Source: Octopus sinensis
Lineage: Eukaryota
NCBI RefSeq assembly: GCF_006345805.1
Contig: NW_021835047.1
Coordinates: 1 to 43,193 of the forward strand
Direction of reading: 5' to 3'
Length of the DNA stretch: 43,193 nucleotides
Shown: positions 24,310 through 35,599 of the stretch, piece by piece
Position numbering within the stretch: position 1 is the stretch's first letter
Layout of the letters: the number at the start of each line of letters is the position of its first letter
Made by a program: the position numbers and the translations under genes
The notes under the pieces: generated by a model
Told to the model about the DNA's origin: nothing
The model's input: the letters and a program-made list of their open reading frames with translations, nothing else
Databases searched by the model: none

Positions 24310-25640
24310 ACTAGGGTAACGTGAATCTGAAGTCTTACAGCAAGAGATCCCAAGTGATAGGCTAGCTTGTCCGTTCACTGGGTATTCCGTTATCAGAGAC
24401 AAGGAGTGTGTCTATGAAGGTTCTAGGCAGGGAAATTCACAGGTTATAAGGAATAAAATAGAATTATAAAGAGTAAAAATTAGATAGAAGAATACAGACA
24501 GAATAATAAAATTGACAGTTCATCTTTTCCCAGGGGGTATGGAAGTTGGTCCATACTTCCGTGAAGGTCGTTAGGTATAATTCCAAGCAGATCAAGGGAG
24601 TATTTTGGCAGCATTTTGAATGATGCTTTCATGTTGAAGGGATTAAGTAGTTAGTTAGTATGTAAATGGTCCACGTGGGTATATAGATTGAGAAAGGCAG
24701 ACATGAAAATAGACAGAAATGGGTTGTGTGTGAGTGGATTGAAGAGGGGGAGAAGGAGAGAAAAAGGAAAGAGAAGAAAGGAATGGGATATGTGCAGCAA
24801 AGAATGAATGCGGACGAAAGTAATTAAAATCAAAAATCGAAAATTAAACAAAAAATATAAAATAAGAAAAAGAAAGGAATAAAGATGAAGGTAAGATGCC
24901 AATGTTATTCTTAGTAAGTATCGCTTCGAGGTGAGAGGTCTGGCGTGAAAGTTTTGGGAAGGTGGAAGAGGAAGTTATTTATATCTATTAATTAAACATA
25001 TGAAAGCTAAGTTAGGTGTGGTCAGTGGTCAGTAGGGTTAGGTAAAAATAGAGGCCAAGCTTAAAGGGGTATACATAAGATAAAACTACAATTAAATGGA
25101 TAAATGATACAAATTAAAATCTAAAGGTTAAAAGTTAAATTAAAAATTGAAATAAAAATCAAAAATTAAAGCTAGCTTGGTAAAGAAGAAAAGGAAAAAG
25201 AAACCGTACGTAAATTGTGACGACCGTGGATGCATATAAGCAAGTGTTATGTGTGTTGATTTTGCTTGCATTTGAACCTATGGAAGGATCTAAAGGCACA
25301 AAAGTACTTAGGCTTACATGTAGAAAATGCTTCGTGATTTCTATTCATAATTGCGATGAATTATGAATTAATATTTGGAAGGCTTCTTTAAGGCTGAATC
25401 CAGATGTGGAGCGCTGGCCTTGGTATGATGCACTAGAATCTATTATGGCCCAGGATATCCCATATGGTACTTTCCTATTTATTAGATGGTGTATGTGGTT
25501 GGCTAGGAATGTGGGTTTGCTATGCACTTCATATTGAAATAAGTTTAGATGTGCAGACCCGATATAGTAGTTAGTAGCATTATGTAATACGTTGTGGACA
25601 ATGCATTTGTTTATTACGTTAAACCTTCTGCAGTCGGCTT
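24310..25640 (-). mobile_element. Penelope-like element: GIY-YIG endonuclease relic plus downstream pseudo-LTR
   Basis: 25614-25345 translates INKCIVHNVLHNATNYYIGSAHL...FLANHIHHLINRKVPYGISWAIIDSSASYQGQRSTSGFSLKEAFQILIHN, then after a frameshift NRNHEAFSTCK, matching the PLE GIY-YIG C-terminus. The downstream boundary is approximate. Confidence 0.7.
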
Positions 25641-26086
25641 GCAGCAGGCATTAATGCTGCAACTACTTTTAAAATCATGTTGAAATATAGAATAGAAAAA
25701 CACTAAAAGAAAGCCTTCATATGGTTGCTTGTCCTGCTCGAAATATCCACTAATACGACCTCATATTACACAGTATTAAAGGAAAGAAAATAATGTACAC
25801 TCCTAGATTGATTACTCTATGAGCCATGCCAGCAGAACGCATGCTTCCTCCTATGCTGAATAGGTGAGAGGATAAAGACAAGAGTAATATACTCCACCTC
25901 TTTCCGGAGGCTACAATGGATTTGGTATGTCTATCACTCCTATATAGAAAACAAAAGCAAAACCTGAGACGAAAGGTGAGAGTCGAGAACAGGGGAGATA
26001 AGTCGTCAAGGACCACTGCTCCATAGAGAGCATCCTGCTTAAAGTAGATTCACTGTATCTGAAAAATAAAAATAAAGCTGGATAAT

Positions 26087-26455
26087 AGGTGCAGGCGTGG
26101 CTGTGTTGAACCACATGGTTCCATGTTCAGTCCCACTGCGTGGCACCTTGAGCAAGTGTCTTCTACTATAGCTTTGGGGCAACCAAATCCTTGTGAGTGG
26201 ATTTGGTAGACGGAAACTGAGAGAAGCCTGTCGTGTATATATATATATATATGTATTTATATTTATATGTTGTGTCTTTGGGTTTGTGTCTGTCCCTCCC
26301 ACCGTCGCTTGACAACCAATATTGGTGTGTTTATGTCCCCGAAACTTGACGGTTCCACAAAAGAATAAGTCCTGGGGTCAATTTGTTCGACTAAAAGGCC
26401 TTGCTACAGCATGGCCGCAGTCAAATGACTGAAATGTGTAGAAGAATAAGAGAGT
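26087..26455 (+). mobile_element. SINE family A, degenerate
   Basis: CCACATGGTTCCATGTTCAGTCCCACTGCGTGGCACC...CATGGCCGCAGTCAAATGACTGAAA. Confidence 0.85.
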
Positions 26456-26857
26456 AATCATATATTATGTTCACACCCTGCGCACAGCTTTGACGACAAC
26501 AGTAACAACAACATTAAAACTTGAAGCACAACCTGAAATTGATAAGAATAATAAAACCGTGAGAACACCCTATGTTCAGACACAAAATATCCGGGTGGAT
26601 TTATGAGAAACAATATATATGAAAGCGGATTAGAGTTATTGCTATTTAATCCCTACCGAGAAAAACATTGCAAGATTGAGAGAAGTAAACCGCTAAATTA
26701 AGATTAAGTGGAAGAGTTTCAACATAATCGGAGCGTTGCGCGTAACGGAAGGGAATATGGCGGATATGAGTATCTTATTATTCATAATGTGGACACCGGG
26801 TACAGGAGCAGATGAGAAGAATAGAAATATCAGTACGTACATATATATATATACATT

Positions 26858-27092
26858 TTTCTTTACTACCCACAAGGGGCTAAACACAAGGGGCTAAACA
26901 CAGAGGGGACAAACAGACAAACGGATAAAGTCGATTACATCGACCCCAGTGCGTAACTGGTACTAAATCTATCGACCCCGAAAGGATGAAAGGCAAAGTC
27001 GACTTCGGCGGAATTTGAACTCGGAACGTAACGGCAGGCGAAATACGGCTACGCATTTCGCCCAGCGTTCTAACGATTTTGCCAGCTCGCCG
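26858..27092 (-). mobile_element. SINE family B, full length
   Basis: Reverse complement of family B, with a small internal duplication GGGGCTAAACACA x2. Confidence 0.9.
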
Positions 27093-27161
27093 CACATATA
27101 TACATACAAACACACACAGACACGCATGTATATGTATATATATATATATTATAATATAATA

Positions 27162-27194
<33 letters not shown>

Positions 27195-27226
27195 ATGAAT
27201 ATACATATACATATACATACATACGT

Positions 27227-27265
<39 letters not shown>

Positions 27266-27442
27266 TTTATTTAAGCAGCGTTGAATTTTCTGCTACTTAA
27301 AATAAAGCATATTACTCTACACTGGTATATTGAGTACTCTTTTTTCCACCTTGTTTCACATTTATTGTGTTTACTCCGGTATAATATATATAATATATAT
27401 ATATATATATAATATATATGTGGGTGTGTGTGTGTGTGTATG

Positions 27443-27509
<67 letters not shown>

Positions 27510-27714
27510 ATTATGTATATCTTTATCTTTATCTTTTACGGGTTTCAACCAGATGCAGAGGCCATGCTGGTGCACTGCCTTTACTGCATCCGGGGATTTT
27601 TCCAGTATTGCTTATGATTATGTAGCGAGTTGGACGTTGCCACTCTTCTTTGCGCCTCTTGCTGCGATGTGGGTTCATCCGGTATTGCAGATAAAAAAAA
27701 AACTGTCTAGACGT

Positions 27715-27940
27715 TTGTTTGAAGATTCCATGTCTACACCTCGCAGATCCCCCTTTTAATATTCTTCCAAAGATCCTGGGTGACCGACACACAGTAGATG
27801 TAGATGTTTTCAAAACAAAACTGGATCTCTTCCTGCCAAGAGTTCCAGATGAACCCACTTTTTGACTGGAGAAGCAAATGAGGGCAGCGACATTAAACTC
27901 TTTTATTTACCAAATGCCACATACCAGAAGAGCCTCACAA
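27715..27940 (+). mobile_element. CR1-group LINE 3' end
   Basis: FNILPKILGDRHTVDVDVFKTKLDLFLPRVPDEPT; same family as 32850-33000; short TAA tail. Confidence 0.75.
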
Positions 27941-28025
27941 TAATAACAGTATAGTGTAGCTTTGAGCTGAAACTGATAATATATATATATGGATGTATAT
28001 ATGTACATATATATATATATATATA

Positions 28026-28063
<38 letters not shown>

Positions 28064-28129
28064 CATACACACACACATATATCTGTGTGACCCTTCTGTC
28101 CGGCATTCGCCATGATAGATCATTAGCCA

Positions 28130-28297
28130 ATACATATTCTTTATTTTCTCTCCTTGTTTTTCTGTGCTCTTTCTGTGGAAGAGCGTAGGCTCGAAATGTT
28201 AAACACTTTTTCACTTCTCGAGCGTTATAATAATACATATGTTTGTTGTCTACACCACCTGTCTTCGTCTTTTGTTTTTTTGTGTGAATTCTCCCTA
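28130..28297 (+). mobile_element. Probable PLE pseudo-LTR with degenerate hammerhead-like motif
   Basis: 28169-28204 reads CTTT CTGTGGA A GAGC gtag GCTC GAAA T GTT AAAC; same family as 23100-23290; ends GAATTCTCCC then (TA)n. Confidence 0.65.
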
Positions 28298-28420
28298 TAC
28301 ATATATATATATATATAAATATATATATATATGTGTGTAGGTCCCGGGTTGAGTCGGGGTTAACCACAGTAAATAAGGTACTCAATACATTGCAGAGTAA
28401 GGTAATTTATTTTATAGAAG

Positions 28421-28473
28421 GAGCTTCTACAGGACTAGAACTGTTTCATTCAGATGAAATCATCAGGAAGCTC
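28421..28473 (-). ncRNA. Type I hammerhead ribozyme candidate inside the 28405-28535 fold-back
   Basis: Minus strand: GAGCTTC CTGATGA TTTCATCTGAAT GAAA CAG ttctagtc CTG TA GAAGCTC. Stem I 7 bp, intact CUGAUGA/GAAA core, stem III CAG/CTG plus A-U, GUA cleavage triplet; the first stem II pair is U-U. Confidence 0.75.
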
Positions 28474-29019
28474 TTGAAGATTTCATCTGAATGAAACAGT
28501 TCTAGTCCTGTAGAAGTTTCTTCTATAAAATAAATATATATATATATGTATATATAATATATATATTATATATATATATATAATATATATATATTATATA
28601 TATATATGTATGTTATGTATGTATGTATGTACGTACGTATGTATGTATATATGTATGTATGTATAGGCTAATGAAAATTAAAAAGAAAAACAGGAAAAGC
28701 AACGGAAGTCAAGAGAATGTCCATATTGAATGTATTAGAGTGACCTTCAGAGAAAGTTTTGGATGGAAAGAAGCAGGAGTATGATGTTCCGAGCATGGCT
28801 CTTTGCCGGAAAGAGGAAATAGGAAAAAAACCTGGAAAGAAGGAAAAGAATAGTCCAAGAAAAGCACGCGTGTCGTTACGTGACCGAGACATACATACAC
28901 ACAGAAACACGTACGCGCGTATGCACACACACGCGCAGATACACACACAGACAGACACACACATGCATACACACACAAACATACACGCACACACGTCTAG
29001 AACGGAGAACGGGAAAGTG

Positions 29020-29735
29020 TGAGAGAGAGAGAGAGAGAAGAAAGAAATAAAGAAAGAGGAGACAAAGGAAGAGAGAGAGAAGGAGAGATATAGAGGGGAG
29101 AGAGGGAAGAGAGAAAGAAAGAGAAATAGATAGAGGGAAAGAGATAGAGGGGAGAGAGAGAGAAGAAAGAAAGAAAGAGATGAGAAAGAAAGAGATAGAG
29201 ATAGAGGGCGAGATATAGAGGGGAGAGAGAGAGAAGAGAGAAAGAAAGAGAGATAGATAAAGGGAGAGAGATAGAGGGGAGAGAGAGAAGAGAGAAAGAA
29301 AGAAAGAGAGAGAGATAAAGGGAGAGAGATAGAGGGGAGAAGAGAGAAGAGAGAAAGAAAGAGAGATAGATAGAGGGAGAGAGATAGAGGGGAGAGAGAG
29401 AAAAGAGAAAGAGAGAAAGAGGAGAGAAAGAAAGAGAGAGAGAGAGGGAGAGATATAGAGGGGAGAGAGAGAAGAGAGAAAGAAAGAAAGAGAGAGAGCG
29501 GAGAAGAGAAGAGAAAGAAGAAAGAGAAGGAGAAGAAAGAAGGAGGAGAGAAAGAAAGAAAGAGAGAGAGATAGAGAGAGAGAGATAGAGGCGAGAGAGA
29601 GAGAAGAGAGAAAGAAAGAAAGAGGAGAGAAAGAAAGAGAGAGGGGGGAGAAATACAGAGGGGACACAGAAAGAGAGAAAGAAAGAAAGAGAGAGATAGA
29701 GGGGAGAAAGAGAGAGCGAGAGAGAGAGAAGAGGT
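29020..29735. repeat. ~700 bp polypurine (GA-rich) cryptic satellite
   Basis: Recurrent GAGATAGAGGGGAGAGAG / GAAAGAAAGA units, with almost no pyrimidines on +. Confidence 0.95.
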
Positions 29736-30919
29736 GTGAATGAATCTGACACAACGATCGTTGAGAAATTAAACTGTTTCAATTATAATGAATCAGCGTT
29801 AATGCAATGCCGCCTGTTTTTCGCCTTAATGAATCTTGCCTGGGTGCAAAGAAACCAGAATTTCAAAAGAATTTTCCAGGCTTAAATGCATCTCTTTAAT
29901 GGCTTTATGGCGAAAGTTCGAAATGTCACGCGCTCCTATTTTTTTTTGTTCTCTCTCTAATTACTTGACTGCCGAGAGGAATTTCAAAATTCACATCTCT
30001 ATCATTCTCTGCTGTCGCTGTATTGACCGAAAGGGAATGGCTGTGTATTCTTAGCTGCCTATTGCAGCGATGACCTCAAGAAATATCAAAACTTTTATGA
30101 GTGCACTGTCCGTTTAATCGCCGTCAATGTGCCGTTCGAAAAGAAAATTGTGTAAGGGTGCATGTGTGAATGTGTGAAAAGTACTCTCCTGGCTCAGTTA
30201 CCCGCTAGACTTTATCTAATCACTTTAACCTGAATCTCTCTGGGTTTTTTTGTCTGTCTTTCTCTTTGCTAATTTTTATTATAAAAAAAAATCTGTCTAT
30301 ATAAAATGAAGAAATCTCGAAAAAAATTTACGTTATATTCCTGAAAGCCACTTGTCTGAAAAACACCTCCGTACATTTCAGAAAATACGTGTATCTTATT
30401 TCACACATATTTAAAAGAAAATTTTAAATTAATAAAAAATAAATAGATAATAATTGTCTTTGAAACATTAATATGAATTCTTTTCGATTGAATCCATTTT
30501 CTCCAGCCCAGAAAATTACTTGTCTTTTCTTTCAGCAGGAAGAAGGAAATTTTAAGTCAGTTTCTTTAAGAATTATCACAGAAGTGAATGGCTTAAAATT
30601 GAATGGTATTAATGGTATATGCCGTCTATTCTAACTTTATCGTTATCACCATGGCCACCGTCCTCCATAACCAAACCCATGTTGTAGTGTGCGTAGGAAC
30701 AGCTTATAGATTTGATGATGTACATCTAGAGTCGGTTAACAAAATATCAGACAATATTAATGATATTATTGTATTACTGACATTGAACGGACGAATAATC
30801 AAAACTGAATCCTGTAGCATACTGAGTGATCCGTGTTTCACAAGCATATATATTATAAATGCACACATGTGTGTATGTATGTATGCAAGCAAGCATTTAT
30901 GTATGTATATATCTACCTA

Positions 30920-30954
<35 letters not shown>

Positions 30955-30956
<2 letters not shown>

Positions 30957-31130
30957 TGTTTCAGTCGTTTGACTGTGGCCATGCTGGAACATCGCCTTTA
31001 GACGAACAATTCGATCCCAGAACTTACTTTTTGCAAGTCTAGTACTTATTCTGTCTCTTTTGTCGAACCGGTAAGTTACAGGGGCGTAGACTCATCAGCA
31101 TCGGTTGGGGAACAAACGGAGACACGGAAC
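30955..31130 (-). mobile_element. SINE family A 3' half
   Basis: TTGTTTCAGTCGTTTGACTGTGGCCATGCTGGAACATCGCCTTTAG on +. Confidence 0.8.
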
Positions 31131-31169
31131 CACCCACTCCTGCACGCACACACACATACACACACATAT

Positions 31170-31197
31170 ATATATTCATATATCTATCTATCTATCA

Positions 31198-31275
<78 letters not shown>

Positions 31276-31290
31276 ATATATATATATATT
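31170..31290. repeat. (TCTA)n then (TA)n
   Basis: Direct reading. Confidence 0.95.
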
Positions 31291-32632
31291 GCTTTCTGTG
31301 TTTGTAATGTTTTTGTCTACGTTCGTATCTCTTCTTGAGCGTTTATTTTTATCTCTTGGTCCTTGCTGTGTGTTCTTTGCGTTGTATAGTTAATATTGTT
31401 TTGGAGTATCATTGTCCCTTTTGCTGTTTGTGTTTGCAATGTGTTTTCTCCGCGTTCGTAACTGTTCTTGCCCATGTGATTTTAAGTTGTTTGTATTTCT
31501 CGGAAGAAGAGAACGAGAAATTATTTGTTCTCCTTCCTCTCTACAAATGACCATTCCTCCTCACTTAACCTCGGTAGATGTGGACGGTCCAGCTCCCTCA
31601 GCCGCGCAATTCTCCTTCTCCGCTGTCTTCTCCGTCTCTTCCTGTTTTTCTTTCTCCTCAGCTGGAGTTTCCTTGTTCACCTTCTTTTGATATTCCTTTG
31701 GTTCATCCTGTACCTTTTCCATGTACTCCAGCTTGAAGACCTGGGGGCACGTTTTCCTTATGTGCCACTTCAGTCGGAACTTGAAACATTTTGGGATTAT
31801 TATGCCCTGAACGGAGACTCTCAGTTTTGTCTCATCTGGCAGAATTATAAATTCTGGCATTTCCTCCAGTTCCGCTGGTGTGGTTTGAACTAACGCCCGA
31901 TAGCTCCAACTATTCCACTTCTGAGCTTTTTTCCTCCTCGCACTCCAGCAGTGTTTCCTCCTCCTTCATACTGGAACAAGCGTCTCCTAGAAGCCACGCC
32001 GATCTAATTTCAGATGGATAGCCTTCTATTGCGATTTTTGTGATTCTTTTGTCATGGTACGACGGTAAAAGAACCAGTTCCTTCTTCTGTAGTGTGATCG
32101 TGGAATCATCCCTAGCGTCGTATTCTGACATGAATTTTACCTCCTCTGTATCGAATGCCACCACGAACGAAATAGGCTTTGGAGCCTTTTTCAATTTCTT
32201 TAGTAGACACTATCTCCATTTTCTTTGTTTTAAGAGATAGTGTACTATAAATTATTGTTCTTTTTCTTGTTTCGTTTCTGGCTTCCTTGTGGGAAGTTAA
32301 TCTCACGTTTTCTCCCTCTTCCCACAGAATTGGTCAAAAATTTTCCACGGTGTCTGTCCTGATGTATCTTCCTTGCTTTTTACCGACTGCTGCTGTATAA
32401 TCTTCCATACTGTCTTCGGAGTCGCTTTCCTACTCCGCATCGACGCTCTCAAGGACCTCCACATGTCATACAAATTACTAGTCATATTCCCACACAAAAT
32501 CCAAACAATTCGCCCCTTACGAAGGCACAATAGGGAAGCCAAGCCTGTTTAGGCGAACACGTGTCGAAAGACACTAACAGATTTTAAACCCGCGGTAGTC
32601 CCAAGGGGAAGAACTGCAACAAAACGACGTCA
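31290..32632 (-). mobile_element. Non-LTR element with a decayed L1/Tx1-type ORF1 (about 32408-31521) and no ORF2
   Basis: Frameshifted pieces MEDYTAAVGKK..., RKRTIIYSTLSLKTKKMEIVSTKEIEK, ELVLLPSYHDKRITKIAIEGYPSEI, PEFIILPDETKLRVSVQG..PKCFKFRLKWHIRKTCP (degenerate CX2CX4HX4C knuckle), then an acidic/basic tail. Confidence 0.7.
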
Positions 32633-32849
32633 ATCAATAAATAAATAAACTACCGTATCTCAAAGGTTCACCTGGCATCTCTCTGACTGACATTACTGAC
32701 TATGTCAGTCCTCCACTTATTAGTAGCGGACCATCCCATTTCTCACCCGGAGGTATCCACCACAACAATATATATATATTTTTTTTTTTTTCCTAGTTTC
32801 AGCTCAGAGCTGCGACCATGCTGATGCACAGCCGTCTTGTGCAACACTG

Positions 32850-33000
32850 TTATTACGACGAACCTCGTCTAATATGTGGCACTTGGTGAAGAATGGAGTT
32901 TGATATAGCTACTCTCATTTGCACCTCCTGCCGTGAGGTAGGTTCATCTGGGACTCTTGACAGGAAGATGTGCAGCTTTGATTTAAAATATATATATTGA
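32850..33000 (-). mobile_element. CR1-group LINE 3' end
   Basis: FKSKLHIFLSRVPDEPTSRQEVQMRVAISNSILHQ; same family as 27715-27940. Confidence 0.75.
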
Positions 33001-33149
33001 TAAAAATGGTAGGATAACAAAAGAAAGAAAGAGACCTCGATATTATGTAAAATAGAGGAATTTATCTGTAAATGTAATATGAGAACTCGGAGTTTTATCA
33101 TGGCTACCGAATAATTGTCTCATATATATATATATATATATAAAATTAA

Positions 33150-33470
33150 GATTCCGTTGAATTAGGTACTTAAATTGAGGCACCTTCCTAGGTCGGTATA
33201 ATGCGCAAACCCAAGCAAGTTGAATACTGAATATCAAGTCTCCGTGAAGGGGTATTTTCACCTGATATTCCTACCGTGTGTTCAGACAACATAACCCATC
33301 CCAGTGAAGATATCAGCTCTTGGTAATTCAGATATGTACTTTTTATAACGGTACTTCCTATAGTATTTTCGAAGTGCAGATTCCAAGTTTGATGAATAAA
33401 AGGAGCAATGAAAATATAATTTTTGAGTTCCATTATTGATGTGAATATGTTAAGGAAATGGTTGTGTATA
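33150..33470 (-). mobile_element. Possible L1/Tx1-type ORF2 C-terminal fragment
   Basis: Across a frameshift, TQKLYFHCS/FIHQTWNL resembles the ETxxHLFFxCxFxxxxW motif of L1/Tx1 ORF2; ends at (TA)n. Confidence 0.4.
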
Positions 33471-33704
33471 CTTTATATTTGAAGTCTCTGCGGTCATCCG
33501 CCGAGAACGGTTTCTTCCAAACGGTGTAATGTTTACATTAACCAGTAAAAAAATCGCTTGGAACGGCTGTAATGAATTGACAACTGTACATCTTTGTTAC
33601 TTATTTATATATAAGTGTGTACTTGTGTGTGCATGTATATATATATATATATATATATATGCATGCGTTCAGCGTGTATAAATATATATGCATGTATATA
33701 TATA

Positions 33705-33735
<31 letters not shown>

Positions 33736-34920
33736 ATAATATATTATGGGGTATGAATATATAATATATATATCTATATATATATATTATATATATATAT
33801 ATATGGGGAGAATTCACAAAAAACAAAAGTATGTATATAGTATTTGTATATTTTTTATGTGAGTATAAAATTTAGATATTATTGTGTCGGCTGGTGCCAT
33901 GAAAAATGTTTTTTTTTTTGTAAGAGGCAAGATTCATCCTTAATCTATCATGCCCACTCTAAGCTTAAGAAATTTCTTTTTTGAAGTGTCTACAGATCTA
34001 CTCGGGTTATCTGGTGTAGTGTGCGACTGTAGTTTGTCTTGAGTGTGCACCTGTATAAACTCAATCGCGCTGTTTAGTTGGGTGTGTACATAATTGAAAA
34101 TTCAGTTTTTATGTATTTAAATATAGAGATTATCCAAGAATGCGCACGTTCGGGAGAAAAGTCATTTAGACGACGCAAAAGCCGAGTAAGTGCCTTTTAG
34201 TGTCCGACCACTATTGAAAGAGGAAGTTAAGAATTAATCTAAAATGATCTTTTAAAGGTGGAGAGATCATTCAACAGGACAGATTGTCGAGAGAAGCGTA
34301 ATGTGTATGTGTGTATGTATGTATGTGTGTGTGCGTGTGCGTGTGCGTGTGTGTATGTGTCTGTGTGTAGAAGCCGTATGTATGTAAATAATGTAATTGT
34401 ATGTTAGTAACTCTTGGGAGTGTTAAGAAGTATGCGTTTGCGCGTGTCTATGTATTGGTGTGCTTATGTGTCGATTGATGGCGGGTGAATGTTTGTATAT
34501 GGGCGTATGTGTGTGTGTGTGAGTCTCTCTCTGTGTGTGTGTGTGTGTGTGTGTTTTGGTGCAGAGGAAGGCAAGTGATGAAAGAATATAGGGAACTGAG
34601 AGCAACAATTGAAAGAGGAAGCCAATGTATGTGTTTGCGCATGCGTATTATTTGTAAGGAAGACGCAAGAATGTCTGCGTCCTACATTTTCGAGTGTCTG
34701 TTGCGCCTGTGAGTGTATGTTTGTGCAGGAGTGTTGTGTGTAGAGCAAGTGTTGGGCGTTGGGCAAATGGTGTGAGTCTGTGTGTCTTGTGTGTGAGACG
34801 TGAGTGTGCATAAACGGTGATCTCGTGTGTTCGTGTGTGTATGCAGGCGTGTGTGCGTTGTGCCAACGTACTCTGTGTATGTGAGACTGTATGTGCGAGT
34901 GCACACCACTATGTTCAATA

Positions 34921-35380
34921 TGTGTGTGTGTGTGTGTGTGTATGTGTGTAATGTGTGTTTATGAAATGTGGGCAAGTATCGTATTTGTGTGCTTCTTGTG
35001 TGTGTGTGTGTGTATGTGTGTAATGTGTGTTTATGAAATGTGGGCAAGTATCGTATTTGTGTGCTTCTTGTGTGTGTGTGTGTGTGGTAATATGTGTGTG
35101 TGTAATGTGTGTGTGTGTAATGTGTGTTTATGAAATGTATGGGCAAATATCATACTTGTGTGCTTCTTGTGTGTGTGTGTGTGTAATGTGTGTGTGTGTA
35201 TAATATGTGTGTTTAATGTGTGTTTATGAAATGTATGGTCAAGTATCGTACATGTGTGCTTCTTGTGTGTGTGTGTGTGTGTAATGTGTGTGTGTAATGT
35301 GTATGTGTAATGTGTATGTGTGTAATGTATGTTTATGAAATGTATGGGCAAGCATCGTACTTGTGTGTGTGTGTGTGAAT
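34921..35380. repeat. Five-copy minisatellite of 70-110 bp units built on (GT)n
   Basis: GTAATGTGTGTTTATGAAATG..GGCAAGTATCGTA.TTGTGTGCTTCTT; ATGAAATG anchors at 34961, 35033, 35130, 35226 and 35335. Confidence 0.9.
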
Positions 35381-35599
35381 GTGTGTTCGAGTGTATATGT
35401 GTATGTATGTGTGTAGTGGTGTATATATCCTTAGTGGAGTGCACATGTTTAAACGATGATTACAAGTTGATGAATTCATATGTGTGTGTGTGCGTGTGTA
35501 TCGTATACACATATGTGGGTGGGTCTGTGCGCTTGTGTACGTGAGTATGTGTGTGTGTTGGTCTGTGTGTACAAGTGGAGGAAGGATGTGTACGACCCG

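Noticed and set aside
28876-29782. Longest ORFs in the track (292 and 261 aa, Leu/Ser-rich)
   Set aside because: They are translations of the CT-rich strand of a GA repeat, which lacks stop codons by composition.
33190-33430. Plus frame with only TGA stops, suggesting a NUMT or selenoprotein
   Set aside because: Translation with the invertebrate mitochondrial code resembles no mitochondrial protein I know; the minus strand fits a LINE ORF2 end better.
34921-35380. Repeat-spacer-like pattern resembling CRISPR
   Set aside because: The spacers are GT microsatellite rather than unique sequence, there are no cas genes, and the context is eukaryotic.
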